Assembly: GCA_963805945.1 (NCBI GenBank)
Contig: CAWDVP010000002.1
Coordinates: forward strand, 224,001 to 288,000
DNA from: Vulcanimicrobiota bacterium
Lineage (GTDB): Bacteria > Vulcanimicrobiota > Vulcanimicrobiia > Eremiobacterales > Eremiobacteraceae
Length of the DNA: 64,000 nt
Reading direction: 5' to 3'
Shown piece after piece: positions 19,471 through 30,128 of this stretch; within the stretch, counting starts at the first letter, position 1, and each line of letters starts with the position of its first letter. A program made the translations under genes and the position numbers. The notes beneath the pieces were generated by a model. That model saw only the letters and a program-made list of their open reading frames with translations. It searched no databases and was not told the DNA's origin.

Positions 19471-20963
19471 CTAAGGGAGCACGCGGATGGTTCGCAGTTT
19501 CGGGTCCACGGGGCCCTGGATGTGGACGCCGGCTTTGAGCTCCAGCCGCAGATATGCGATGATCTCCTCGGTGAGTCGCTCGCCCGGGCAGACGATCGGG
19601 ATCCCGGGTGGGTATGGCGTGATCACCTCCGCGCAAATCCGTCCTGCACTTTGCTTGAAAGGAACTTCGACGTGGTCGCTGAGGAAGGCCTCCCTCGGCG
19701 TCACAACTCCCTCGGGAATCGGCGGCAGATTGTAGGTCTTTTTCTTAAGGCGGCTTTCGAGCACGCCGGTCGGCGCGTAGATGTCGATCGGACGGTCCTC
19801 GCGCCCCAACTCGCTCACCGCCAAGACGAGCTGGTCGATGTGATCTTGCGTCGTGCCGATGCTCACCAGCGCGACGACGTTGAAAAGGTCGGCCAATTCG
19901 ACTTGAACGTTGTAACGGTTGCGCAGGATCTGCTCGGCTTCGTAGCCGGTGTAGCCGAGGTCCTTGACCGTGACGACGATGCGCGTCTCGTCGTAGCCGG
20001 CGACGCCCGGACGGCCGACCTGGTCGAGGCCCATGCAGTAGACGCCTGGGATGTCGTTGAGACGGCGGCGGGCCTCGCGGGCGAGCGCTAGGGTCCGGGT
20101 GAGCAGCAGCTCGCCTTCGGTCGCCATCTGCATGCGCGCGACGTCGAGCGAGGCGATGAGCACGAGGTTGGGGCTGGTGCTCTGGAAGATCCGCAGCGTG
20201 CTGCGCAGCCGGCCGATGTCGACGCGTTTGCCGCGCGTGTGGATCATCGAGGCCTGGCTCATGGCCGAGAGCAGTTTGTGGGTCGAGTTGACGCACACAT
20301 CCGCGCCGATCGAGGTCGCCGACGGCGGCAGTTCCGGATGGAAGTGCAGGTGCGGTCCCCAGGCCTCGTCGACGAGCAGCAGCTTGTCGTGCGCGTGGAC
20401 GATCTTCTCTATCGCGTGGAGATCGGCGGTGGCGCCGTAATACGTCGGGCTCGTGATGAAGACGGCTTTCGCTTCGGGATGCTCTTCGAGGGTCTTTTCC
20501 ACCGTCTGCGGCGTGACGCAGTGGTCGAGGTGCAGTTCTTGATCCACCTCGGGCTGCATGAACACCGGCCTGCGCCGCGCTCATGATGAGCGCGCTCGTC
20601 GTCGACTTGTGGCTGTTGCGCGGCAAGATGACCGTGTCGCCGGGGCGCAGCGTCGTCATGAGCATCGCCTGGTTGCCCGCGGTGGAGCCGTTGACGAGGA
20701 AGTGCGTCGTGTCGGCGCCCCAGGCGTGCGCGGCGAGCGTCTGCGCTTCGAGGATCGGCCCGGTCGGCGCGTTCAGATCGTCGAGGTTGCCGACCTGGGT
20801 GAGGTCGATCGCGAGCACGTTGTCGCCGACGAAGTCGCGCATGCGCTTGTGCATGCCGATGCCCTGCTTGTGGCCGGGCGTGTGGAACGGGATGGTGCCG
20901 CTGGTGACGTAGTCCTGCAGCACATCGAAATAGGGCGTGCGAGTGTTGGTCGAGTCGGGGCAC
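19471..20963 (-). CDS. PLP-dependent Orn/Lys/Arg decarboxylase (frameshifts near 20945 and 20570)
   Basis: FHTPGHK, NGST, RNSHKS, DEAWG, STHK (PLP Lys), QSTSP and PYPPGIP motifs; AGGAG upstream of the GTG start. Confidence 0.88.
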
Positions 20964-20994
20964 TGGACTTGTGGCTCCTGTCTTGACTACCGTA

Positions 20995-21016
20995 GTAGTG
21001 CCCGAGCGAAGCTCGG
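20995..21016 (+). repeat. GTAG-type REP-like hairpin, family B, in the decarboxylase leader
   Basis: GTAG-TG-CCCGAGC-GAA-GCTCGG. Confidence 0.55.
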
Positions 21017-21032
21017 TCGAAAGGAGCCGGTT

Positions 21033-21110
21033 CTACCAGAATTCCCAGAAGTGCCGGCATGCGGGAAGCAGCCGGTGGCGTCGCTCGAGGCGGGAGATGT
21101 GCCGAGCCAT
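21033..21110 (-). CDS. Candidate leader peptide, 25 aa: MARHISRLERRHRLLPACRHFWEFW
   Basis: ATG at 21110 to TAG at 21033, in the 5' region of the decarboxylase. Six Arg, three His and an aromatic C-terminus. Weak RBS. Confidence 0.5.
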   Translation of the reverse strand: MARHISRLERRHRLLPACRHFWEFW

Positions 21111-21187
21111 GTCGTTCTTGATTCCGTCGTCGTCGCTATGCGCCCTTCGCAAGGTCGGGCGCGGCTAGCCACGCGAAGGCGGCGGAC

Positions 21188-22168
21188 ATGAAGGTTTTGT
21201 TAATAGCGCAGCCGGGCGGACCCGAGGTGCTCGCGATCGGCGACCGGCCGACGCCCGTGCCGAAATCCGGCGAACTGCTCGTGCGCGTGCGCGCGGCGGG
21301 GCTCAATCGCGCGGATACGCTGCAGCGGCGTGGCCACTATCCGCCGCCAGCCGGCGTGCCCACGGACATCCCGGGGCTCGAGTACGCCGGCGAGGTGGCG
21401 GCGGTCGGCGAGGGCGTGCGTCATTTCCGCGTCGGCCAGCGCGTCTTCGGCCTGGCGGGCGGCGCCGCGCAGGCCGAATTCATCGCCGTGCCCGAGACGC
21501 TCGCGCTACCCGTGCCGGATAATCTTAGCGATATCGAAGCCGGCGCGATCCCCGAGGCCTACATCACGGCGGACGACGCGCTTTTCGCCAACGGCATGCT
21601 GGCGCCGGGCGAGACGGTGCTCGTCCACGCGGTGGGTTCGGGCGTCGGTCTCGCCGCGCTGCAGATCGCCAAATCGATCGGCTGTAAAGTGCTCGGCACC
21701 GCGCGCGGCAAAGCGAAGCTTTTGCGCGCGATCGAGCTCGGGCTCGACGTCGGGATTCTGCCGAAGCTGGAACCGTTCGACGAGGCGGTGTTGCGCGCGA
21801 CTTCTGGCCGCGGCGTCGACGTCGTCATCGATTTCATCGGGGCGGAATACTTCGAGCGCAACCTCTCCGCGCTCGCGCCGCGCGGCCGGCTCGTCTTCGT
21901 CTCGACGTTAAGCGGTCCGACCGCGGAGTTGTCGATCGCGACGCTCATGCGCAAACGTCTGCGCCTCGCCGGCACGATGCTGCGCAATCGTTCGCTCGAG
22001 GACAAGATCGCCGCGACGCAGGCGTTCGCCGTGCGCGTGTTGCCGCTGTTCGCGAACGGCGCGATCAAGGTGCCGATCGACTCTGTGTATCCGCTCGAAG
22101 AGGCCGCCGCAGCCCACCGTCATATGGAAGAGAACAAGAACTTCGGCAAGATCGTCTTCACGATTTAA
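21188..22168 (+). CDS. NAD(P)H:quinone oxidoreductase, PIG3 family
   Basis: AAGLNRAD..QRRGHYP, PGLE, GSGVG and GKIV motifs. Confidence 0.9.
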   Translation: MKVLLIAQPGGPEVLAIGDRPTPVPKSGELLVRVRAAGLNRADTLQRRGHYPPPAGVPTDIPGLEYAGEVAAVGEGVRHFRVGQRVFGLAGGAAQAEFIAVPETLALPVPDNLSDIEAGAIPEAYITADDALFANGMLAPGETVLVHAVGSGVGLAALQIAKSIGCKVLGTARGKAKLLRAIELGLDVGILPKLEPFDEAVLRATSGRGVDVVIDFIGAEYFERNLSALAPRGRLVFVSTLSGPTAELSIATLMRKRLRLAGTMLRNRSLEDKIAATQAFAVRVLPLFANGAIKVPIDSVYPLEEAAAAHRHMEENKNFGKIVFTI

Positions 22169-22172
22169 GGGG

Positions 22173-22203
22173 TTGACGCCGGAGCAGTCAGAGGTGATAT
22201 ACT
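22173..22203 (+). promoter_or_regulatory. Putative sigma70 promoter with extended -10
   Basis: TTGACG at 22173 and TGaTATACT at 22195-22203; the spacer is long (19 nt). Confidence 0.4.
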
Positions 22204-22751
22204 TTGAGTGAGATGCTTGAGATCACAGTACCCGAGGCCAAGCCTGCGTTCGAGTGGGTCAACGGACGCGCGCTTCAAAAGCCGTACGGCGAAACCAAGC
22301 ATGCGCTCGCGCAGGCGCACTTGCGGGGCCGCTTTGGGCGAATGGGCGCGACGAGTATGGCGCCGGCATGGCCGGCATCGAATGGCGATTCGCGGTGCAG
22401 CCGCCCGTGAAGAGCGTCGCCCGCTCGTGCCCGACGTCGCGTATCCTCTCGTACGCCCGCCTTATCGCATGAGGAGCAATTGAAGACCGACATCCCCTGA
22501 CTCCCGCCCGACGCGGTCGTCGAGGTCCTGTCACCGGACGATCGGCGTCCAGACGTCGATGAAAAGGTGCGCGTGTATCTCGCTGCCGGTACGACGGTAC
22601 TCTTCCTGGTCGACCCGAAATCCCGCAGCGTCGAGGTCTACGACCGGAACGGGCAGACGCACGTCAGCGAGGATGCGGTCTTGGTCCACGATGCGCTGCC
22701 TGGCTTTCGCCTTGCGGTGCATGAGCTTTTCTCGCTACCACGCCGAAATAG
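22204..22751 (+). CDS. Uma2 family endonuclease (several frameshifts; ends approximate)
   Basis: KPAFEWVNG, LVPDVAY, PDAVVEVLSPDD and K..VYL.AGT..VDP motifs across frames. Confidence 0.8.
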
Positions 22752-22771
22752 CCCGCGAAGTCCCTCGCCGC

Positions 22772-23233
22772 TCACGAGTTCCGCTCGATCCGGCACGCGT
22801 AGCAGCCGGCCAGCGCGAAACGTGCGTGGAGATAGGCGATGTCTGGGTCCTCAAGCATCGCCGCGGCGCGCGCTTCGACATCACCGTCCACGAGCGCCGC
22901 TTCCCTGATCTCGTTGCGCTCGCCATAGCCTCGTAGCACGAGTTTCGAGGTCTTGAAGTCATCGGAAATGGTGCGCCGTCGAGGCGCGTCGCACTCATCC
23001 GCGTGGACGAAGATCGGCCCTACTTCTTTGTAGGGGCTCGGCGCGGAAAACGGGCTGTGCGAGAACAGCAGCACGGCTTCGCGGGGCTTGGAACGCCTCA
23101 GGCAGTGCCTGCACGGCGCTCCGCCCTCGTCAGGCGCGCTGCGTTCGATGGGATTGCCGAAAGCGTCGTGGGTGTTGTGGCGGGCACCGTGCGCGACGTC
23201 GGTCGCGAGCGCCACGATCTTCAATGTGCTCAT
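22772..23233 (-). CDS. DUF1203 domain protein
   Basis: PCRHCL, PYKEVGPIFVH, LRGY and GCY motifs. Confidence 0.85.
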   Translation of the reverse strand: MSTLKIVALATDVAHGARHNTHDAFGNPIERSAPDEGGAPCRHCLRRSKPREAVLLFSHSPFSAPSPYKEVGPIFVHADECDAPRRRTISDDFKTSKLVLRGYGERNEIREAALVDGDVEARAAAMLEDPDIAYLHARFALAGCYACRIERNS

Positions 23234-23287
23234 GCTCGGATGATAACCCGAGCGCGAGAATCGTTCTATCCGATTATTGCGGCGGCA

Positions 23288-23974
23288 TCAGAGCGGCTGC
23301 CAGAGGTCGCCTTCGCGCACCGTGCCGCCTGTGGCGACGCGGCAATACACGCCGAAGTTGCCCTCGTGTTGCTGCACCATGAACCGCAAGAATCCGGGAT
23401 CCTCTTCGTACGTCTGCGGGTCGATCGTCGTCAGCACGCAGCGCTCGTTCATCTTCACCGCTTCGAGCTCGAGGTCGCCGATCTTGAAGCGTTTGCCCGG
23501 CCATGCGAGCTCCGAGTACGGCTGCGCATCGGGGCCGTCGAGCATGATGCTCGGACGAAAACGCATCGGGTCGCGCTCCGAGCCGTATTCTTCGGTAAGC
23601 GCGCGGACCGACGCGAGATTGATGACGAGCACGTCGGAGTCGTCGTGATTGGCGCCGCTCGTGTCTTCGTGCAGGCTTGCCGGCCGCCCGACGAGCTGTG
23701 CGAGCGCTTCGCTGAAGCTGGGATCGTCAGAGCGCAGCGTCGCGCCGGCGGCGGTCTTCACCGCGACCGTGCCGCGCTCGTCCACCGATGCCGCATGCGA
23801 GAGCATGCTATGCACCTGGCGCGCGGTGATGGGGTGGCCGTGCCGCAATTCGCTCTCGTCGACGAGCATGAAGCGGCGATCCTGCTCGGGACCGCCCGGG
23901 CCGAAGCGCAGCGCCTTTAGGCGTTCGCCGCGGAACGACTTGATCGGGTAGCGCCAGAGTTGTGCGACGTTCAG
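23288..23974 (-). CDS. MOSC domain protein
   Basis: LWRYPIKS, DRRFML, RFRPSI, RCVLTTIDP and FGVYC motifs. Start extended upstream of the track ORF (CTG, uncertain). Confidence 0.85.
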   Translation of the reverse strand: MNVAQLWRYPIKSFRGERLKALRFGPGGPEQDRRFMLVDESELRHGHPITARQVHSMLSHAASVDERGTVAVKTAAGATLRSDDPSFSEALAQLVGRPASLHEDTSGANHDDSDVLVINLASVRALTEEYGSERDPMRFRPSIMLDGPDAQPYSELAWPGKRFKIGDLELEAVKMNERCVLTTIDPQTYEEDPGFLRFMVQQHEGNFGVYCRVATGGTVREGDLWQPL

Positions 23975-24519
23975 GCTTCTACGCGCTCTTCGATCGAGAC
24001 ATCATACAAGAATAGGAACTTGTACCACTCGCCCGGCACGGTGTGGCGCTTCACCTGGATCCACGGGATGTACTTCGGCCGGCGCGGCTTGCGCAGCAGC
24101 TTCAGGTTTGCGTCTTGCGGCGTGCGGTTGTTCTTGCGATTATTGCAATCCAGACATGCGCAACAGAGGTTCTCCCACGTCGAGGGCCCGCCGGCGCTCT
24201 TAGGCACGATGTGGTCGACGGTCATCGGACCGTTGGCCTTGTTGCCGCAGTACTGGCAGCGGTAGTCGTCGCGCAACAGCACGTTCTTCTTCGTGAGCGC
24301 CACCTGCTGACGCGGACGCCGGATGTAGTAGAGCATGCGGATGATGGACGGCATGCGCATCTGGAAGGTGGCCGCGCGGAGCAGCCGCTCGTGCTGGTGG
24401 AGCACCTCGGCCTTGCCCGCGAAGACGAGCTTCACCGCGCGCTGCAACGACGTGACGTTGAGCGCCTCGTAGGTGGCGTTGAGGACGAGGACGTCGGTCA
24501 CGACGCCGTAATCCCCCAA
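23971..24519 (-). CDS. HNH endonuclease (McrA-like, stand-alone)
   Basis: VLVLNATYE, RD.YRCQYCG, TVDHIVPKS.GG and WEN..AC..CNNRK motifs. Confidence 0.9.
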   Translation of the reverse strand: MGDYGVVTDVLVLNATYEALNVTSLQRAVKLVFAGKAEVLHQHERLLRAATFQMRMPSIIRMLYYIRRPRQQVALTKKNVLLRDDYRCQYCGNKANGPMTVDHIVPKSAGGPSTWENLCCACLDCNNRKNNRTPQDANLKLLRKPRRPKYIPWIQVKRHTVPGEWYKFLFLYDVSIEERVEA

Positions 24520-24579
24520 GGGGCTACCATAGCACCTACTGTCTTGGGCACGCGGGGGGAGGTCGCCCTGCTTCCGCGC

Positions 24580-25171
24580 TTAGCGGGCGGCGGCGCTTCG
24601 CGCGTGTGTGACCAGGTCTATGAACAGCTTGTGGATGCGGGGGTCATCGGTCAATTCGGGGTGGAACGAGGTGCCCAAGAGGTTGCCTTGGCGCACCATG
24701 ACGCCTTTGCCATCCAATGTGGCGATGATCTTCGCGTCGTCGTGCGCGGATTCGATCCATGGCGCGCGGATGAACACGCCAGGGAACGGCGCGTCCAAAC
24801 CTTTGACGCGCAGCGGCACTTCCGCGCTCTCGATCTGGCGGCCAAAGGCGTTGCGCTTGACCTCGATGTGCAGCAGACCCGAGCGTCGGCTGCTGCGATC
24901 CGGCGACCTTGTCCGCCATGACGATCATGCCCATGCACGTGCCCCACATCGGCATGCCGTGCTTGACACGCTCGAGCAGCGGCTTGGCGAGCCCGAAGTG
25001 TTCGAGCATGACGCCGACCGTCGTGGACTCGCCGCCTGGGATGATGAGGCCGTCGACCGCTTCGAGTTCGGCTGGCGTCTTGACGCGCACCGCCGTGACG
25101 TCGCAGCGCTCGAGCATCGCGATGTGCTCTTCGACATCGCCTTGCAGCCCAAGGACGCCGATGGTCGTCAC
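24580..25171 (-). CDS. pdxT: PLP synthase glutaminase subunit (frameshift near 24880)
   Basis: [33 protein letters not shown] and FHPEL motifs. Confidence 0.92.
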
Positions 25172-26125
25172 CAGCCGCGTGCCGGCCAGCAGCTGTTCTT
25201 TCGGGATCTGGCTGATCTCGAGACCGGCCATCGGCGCGCCGAGCTCCTTGCTCACCTCGAGCACGACCTTCGGATCGTCGAAGTAGTGCGTCGCTTCGAC
25301 GATCGCCTTGGCGGTCTTCGCGGGGTTCGCGCTCTTGAAGATGCCCGAGCCGACGAACACGCCTTCGGAACCGAGCTGCATGCACAGCGCCGCGTCTGCG
25401 GGCGTGGCGATGCCGCCGGCGACGAACGTGACCACCGGCAGCCGGCCGAGCTCTGCGACTTCGCGCACGAGCTCGACCGGTGCGCCGAGATCTTTGGCGG
25501 TCGCCACGAATTCTTCTTCGGGCAGCGTGCTGAGCCGGCGGATCTCGCTCGTGACCTCGCGCAGATGGCGGATGGCCTCGACGATGTTGCCGGAGCCGGC
25601 CTCGCCCTTGGTGCGGATCATCGCGGCGCCTTCGGCGATCCGGCGCAGCGCTTCGCCGAGGTTGCGCGCGCCGCACACGAACGGCACGGTGAACGGGCGC
25701 TTGTCGATATGGTACCGCTCGTCGGCGGGCGTGAGCACTTCGCTCTCATCGATGAAGTCGATGCCGAGCGCCTCGAGCACTTGCGCCTCGACGAAATGGC
25801 CGATGCGCGCCTTGGCCATCACCGGGATGGTGACCGCGTCCATGATGCGCTGCACGACTTCGATCGCCGCCATGCGCGCGACGCCGCCTTCTTTGCGGAT
25901 GTCGGCCGGCACGCGTTCGAGCGCCATGACCGCGACCGCGCCCGCTTCTTGCGCGATGGTCGCCTGCTCGGGCGTGGTGACGTCCATGATGACGCCGCCT
26001 TTGAGCATCTGCGCCAGACCGCGCTTGACTTTTTCCGTGCCCTTGTGCTTTTGCGGCTTCTCCGCGGCCTTTTCGGCCTTCTCGGCCTTTTCGGTCTTGT
26101 CGTGCTTGCCGTTCTTGTCAGCCAT
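25168..26125 (-). CDS. pdxS: PLP synthase lyase subunit (frameshift just before the C-terminal RGW)
   Basis: [27 protein letters not shown] and [10 protein letters not shown] motifs. Confidence 0.95.
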
Positions 26126-26141
26126 GATCATCCCTCAAGAA

Positions 26142-26169
26142 AGGCCGATCTAAAGATCGGCCTCTACAT
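26142..26169 (-). repeat. GTAG-type REP palindrome, family A (compensatory variant)
   Basis: aggccgatct-aa-agatcggcct-ctacat; both arms changed while keeping pairing. Confidence 0.85.
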
Positions 26170-26219
26170 TCTAGGTCGCGCGACAGCGATCCGTAACCCC
26201 ATTGGGGACAACCAGGACG

Positions 26220-27351
26220 CTAGAACGTCGCTTGGCCCTGCAGTTCCGCGCCGCTCGTGATGTGGCCCTCGATGGCCAGCCGGAACTCGGTCGGCTTGTC
26301 CGCCTTCGAGAAGGCCTCTTTCTCCGTGACCAAACCGCTCTGGTACAGGTCGAGCAGCGATTGCGTGAAGGTCTGCATGCCTTCCATGCGGCCGGTCGTC
26401 ATGTAGCCGTACATCTCGGAGAACTTGGCCTCCATGATGAGGCTCTTGATGGTCGGCGTCGCGATGAGCACTTCGATCGCAGGCACGCGGCCCGAGCCGT
26501 CGATGCGCTGGAGCAGGCGCTGCGAGACGATGCCGCGCAGCGAGGTCGCCAGCTGCACCATGAACATCTTGCGGTTCGCTTCCGGCAGCGCGTCCATGAT
26601 ACGTTCGAGCGCCTGCGTCGTGTTCTGCGTGTGCAGGGTCGAGAGCACCAAGTGGCCGGTCTCGGCCGCGGTGAGCGCGGTGATGATCGACTCCGGATCG
26701 CGCATCTCACCGATGAGGATGACGTCGGGGTCTTGGCGCAGCGCTTGCTTGAGCGCGATGGTGTACGATTCGGTGTCGATGCCGACCTCGCGCTGCGAGA
26801 TGATCGAGAGCTTGTCGACGTGGATGTACTCGATCGGGTCTTCGATCGTGACGATGTGGCGGCGCGACGTCGAGTTGATGTAGTCGATCATCGCGGCGAG
26901 CGTCGTGGACTTGCCGGTGCCGGTGGCGCCGGTGAGCAGCACGATGCCGTCGGGGAATTCGCACAGGTCGCGCAAGCGACGCGGGCACGCGCAGCTCTTC
27001 GAACGACGGGATGTCGAGCCGCACGGTACGATAGGCGGCGCTGATGGTGCCGCGCTGGAAGTATGCGTTGACGCGGAAGCGGCCGTGGCCATGCAGGCCG
27101 TAGGCGTAGTCGACTTCCTTCGTCTCGAGGAACTCTTGCTGCTGCGCGCGCGTCATGGACGAGAAGATGAGGTTCTCGCATTCGGGCAGCGAGAGCGGCC
27201 GTTCGGACAGCGGCGTCAGCACGCCGTGCACGCGCGCGATCGGCGGCGCCGCGGCTTTGAGGTGGAGGTCGGACGCCCCCATCGCCAGCATCTGCCGCAG
27301 CAGGCTGTCGAGGTCGAGGGTGGTCGAAGTGCGGCCGTTGGAACTGTCCAC
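26220..27351 (-). CDS. pilT: PilT/PilU type IV pilus retraction ATPase (frameshift near 26980)
   Basis: GASDLHL, GRFRVN, TGATGTGKSTT, TIEDPIEY, ALRQDPDVILIGEMRD and TGHLVLSTLHT motifs. Confidence 0.9.
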
Positions 27352-27521
27352 GAGATGTCTCCCGGGCGCGAATTGCGCAGCCAGCCCGCCCCTGGGGACG
27401 AGCGTGTCTTCCTATTATATCGGCAATTCCGGCTTTTGTCCTCGCGCCGCCCGGGGAACGTGGGACAGGACGGCCTTTTCGAGCGTCCGAAGCCTGGGAC
27501 CGTGATACGGGAGGCCGCACC

Positions 27522-28387
27522 GTGAAGCGCTTGGCACGAGCCAAGCTCAATCTGCGCTTGGACGTCCTGGGCCTCGAGCCTAGCGGCCTGCACGCGATCC
27601 GCTCGCTTATCGCGGAGTTGGACCTGGCAGACGACGTCGAAATCACCGAAAGCGACGGGCCGTTCAGCGTGACCTGTGAAGGCGCGGATATCCCCGAGCG
27701 CGAGAATCTCGCCTGGCTGGCCGGCACGCGGCTGGGGGTCGACCTCACCGGCCTGCAAGGTCCATATCCGCAAGAACATCCCGATGCAAGCGGGCCTGGG
27801 CGGCGGTAGTGCCGATGCGGCCGCGGTGCTGCGCGCTTTGACACGACCTGCTAAAACAGCGCGGCGTGACGATCTCCGACGAACAGCTGCGCAGCGCCGC
27901 GCGCGTCGGTTCCGACGTGCCCGCGTGCCTGGTGCCCGGCTTCAAGATCGTGGAAGGCACGGGCGACGTCGTGCGCCCGGTTCCTTTGGAGGCCCCGCCT
28001 GGGGTGTGCTCCTGCTGCGGCCGCCCGCCGGGGTGCCGACCGCAGAAGCCTATCGCTTGCTCGACGCCGGCCGCACCAAAGGCGCCCCGCCTTCGACGAC
28101 GACCGAATCTGCTGGAACTGTGCAAGGCGATCGAGGCATTCGACTTCCAGCGGACGTGCGCGCTGCTCTACAACGATTTCCAGCCGGTGCTCGAGTTCGT
28201 GTTCCCCAACGTCGCCGAAGCGCGGCGGCGGCTCCGAGCGGCGGGCGCTGCGGCGACGCTGCTGTGCGGCAGCGGTTCGTGCGTCGCGGGCTTCTTCCAG
28301 ACGCGCGCCGCCGCGAAGGCCGCCTTCGGCTCGCTCGCGATCGCCGACGGCGAATGGGCGACGGCGACCGGCTTTAGCGTTGCCTGA
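27522..28387 (+). CDS. ispE: 4-diphosphocytidyl-2-C-methyl-D-erythritol kinase (frameshifted)
   Basis: AKLNL.LDV, K.IPMQAGLGGGSADAA, GSDVP, NDF and GSGS motifs across frames. Confidence 0.9.
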
Positions 28388-29173
28388 CGACGCGTTCACC
28401 GTCGTCGCGCTCGCCGGCGGCACGCTCGAGCGCGACTTCCGCGATGCCGGGTATCCGCGCGGCGAACAAAGCCTATCTGCCGATCGGGCGGCACGCTCAT
28501 GCTCGAGCGCGTGCTGCGCGCGTTCCGCGGTTCGCGCGCGGTGGGCAAGATCCGCGTCGTCACCGATGCGGAGCGCCTTCCGAGAGGCGTTCGGCACGGA
28601 TACGAATGCGCTGTGCGACGAGCTCATCGCCCCCGGCGATGGGCTCATCAACAGCATGCTCGCGGGGTTTCGCCGAAATGGATTCGCGCGAGCGCGTCAT
28701 CGTCACCGCGACCGACGTGCCGTTGCTCACGCCGGCGATCGTGGATGCGTTCGCCGACAAGGCCCGCGCATCTCGGCAGCTACGACATCGGCTATGGTTT
28801 CGTCGCTCGCGACCGCTCCGAGTCGAAGTATCCGCAAGTCCGCCACACCTGGGTGCGCCTGCGCGAGGGCGTCTTCTGCGGCGGCGGCGTGAGCGTGCTG
28901 CGCGCCGGCGCCGCGGCGCAGACCGCGGATCTGCTGCGCCGCGTCACCTCGCTGCGCAAATCGCCGGCTCGCTTGGCGATGATGTTCTCGCCGGCGCTGC
29001 TCGCGCGCCTGGTCTTCGGCGGCGTGAGCATCGCCGACATCGAGGCGCGCGCGGACCAGATCAGCGGACTGCGCTGCCGCGGCCTGTTGTGCGACGCGCC
29101 GGAGCTCGCGGTGAACGTCGACCGTCTCACCGATCTGCACATCGTCGAAAACATCGTGAAAGGAGCCGCATGA
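28380..29173 (+). CDS. MobA-like NTP transferase domain protein (frameshifted)
   Basis: VALAGG, NKAYLPI, T.DVPLLT and ELAVNVDR motifs. Confidence 0.7.
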
Positions 29174-29544
29174 CCAAGAAGAACGATTTCGCCGAGGTCG
29201 CTGCCGCTCTCGGGGCGATCGTGAAGCGTGCGGGGCCGCGGCTCAAGTGCGCGGACACCTCCGGTGGTCGCTGGTGGTACCCCCCGGCCGTGGTGCATAA
29301 GGGCAAGCCGCTCTATGCGGCGGGCGTGCGGATCAACAAGAACTACGTGAGCTTCCATTTCGTGCCGCTGTACATGTACCCGGATCTGGGAGCGCGCATG
29401 TCGCCGGCGCTCAAGCGACACCGCCAGGGCAAAGCGTGTTTCAATTTCAAGGAAGTCGACGGATGCGCTCTTCACCGAGCTGAGCGCGCTCACCAAAGCG
29501 GGACTCGAGCGGTTCAAGACGTTCAAGACAAAGGATTGATCTAA
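29170..29544 (+). CDS. Small conserved hypothetical protein (DUF1801-like; frameshift near the C-terminus)
   Basis: AAGGAG RBS; KNYVSFHF.PLY..P and QGKACFNFK motifs. Confidence 0.65.
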   Translation: MTKKNDFAEVAAALGAIVKRAGPRLKCADTSGGRWWYPPAVVHKGKPLYAAGVRINKNYVSFHFVPLYMYPDLGARMSPALKRHRQGKACFNFKEVDGCALHRAERAHQSGTRAVQDVQDKGLI

Positions 29545-29551
29545 AGAAAAA

Positions 29552-29579
29552 GGGCCGACCTGAAGGTCGGCCCCTACAT
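29552..29579 (-). repeat. GTAG-type REP palindrome, family A
   Basis: gggccgacct-ga-aggtcggccc-ctacat, between convergent genes. Confidence 0.85.
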
Positions 29580-29593
29580 AGGATTGACTGCGC

Positions 29594-30124
29594 TCAGTCG
29601 ACGATGCCGATGCCCTCGGCGCGATAGTCCTTCGTCAAGCGGATGTACGCATCCGATGACACGTCGAGCCACTTCTCCGCGCCGCCTTCGAGTTTCTTCT
29701 TGACTTTGGCCGGCACGCCCGCGGCGAGGCACTCGGACGGGATCTCCTGATCCTCGAGCACCACCGCACCCGCGGCGATGACGCTGCGCTCGCCGACCTT
29801 GGCGCGGTCGAGCACGACCGCGTTCATGCCGATGAGCGCGTAGCTGCCGATGTGGCACGCTTCGAGGATCGCGCCGTGGCCGATCGTGACGTGATCTTCG
29901 ATCACCGTGTCGTGGCCTTCGTACACGTGGATGACGACGTTATCTTGGACGGAAGTATGCGCGCCGATGCGGATCGCGGCTTCGTCGCCGCGCAGCACCG
30001 CGCCGAACCATACGCTCGCGCCCTCGCCGATCTCGACATCGCCGATGATCGAGGCGGTGGGCGCGACGAACGCGCCCTTTCCTATCTTCGGCGTCTTGCC
30101 CTTGAACGGCAGGATGCACGCCAT
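29594..30124 (-). CDS. Gamma carbonic anhydrase family protein
   Basis: IIGDV.IG..ASVW..AVLRGD, QDN.VIH and IGH motifs; hexapeptide repeats. Confidence 0.9.
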   Translation of the reverse strand: MACILPFKGKTPKIGKGAFVAPTASIIGDVEIGEGASVWFGAVLRGDEAAIRIGAHTSVQDNVVIHVYEGHDTVIEDHVTIGHGAILEACHIGSYALIGMNAVVLDRAKVGERSVIAAGAVVLEDQEIPSECLAAGVPAKVKKKLEGGAEKWLDVSSDAYIRLTKDYRAEGIGIVD

Positions 30125-30128
30125 CCCG

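Noticed and set aside
22204..24519. Uma2 and HNH nucleases as a defence island or mobile element
   Set aside because: Both are common stand-alone families, separated by unrelated genes, with no methylase, integrase or att sites.
26055..26105. EKA-type 9-bp repeats in the PdxS N-terminus
   Set aside because: A short low-complexity extension with no evidence of function.
24644..26131. Apparent PdxS-PdxT fusion
   Set aside because: The conserved RGW-stop end of pdxS is present one frame over and overlaps the pdxT GTG, so this is an indel artefact.
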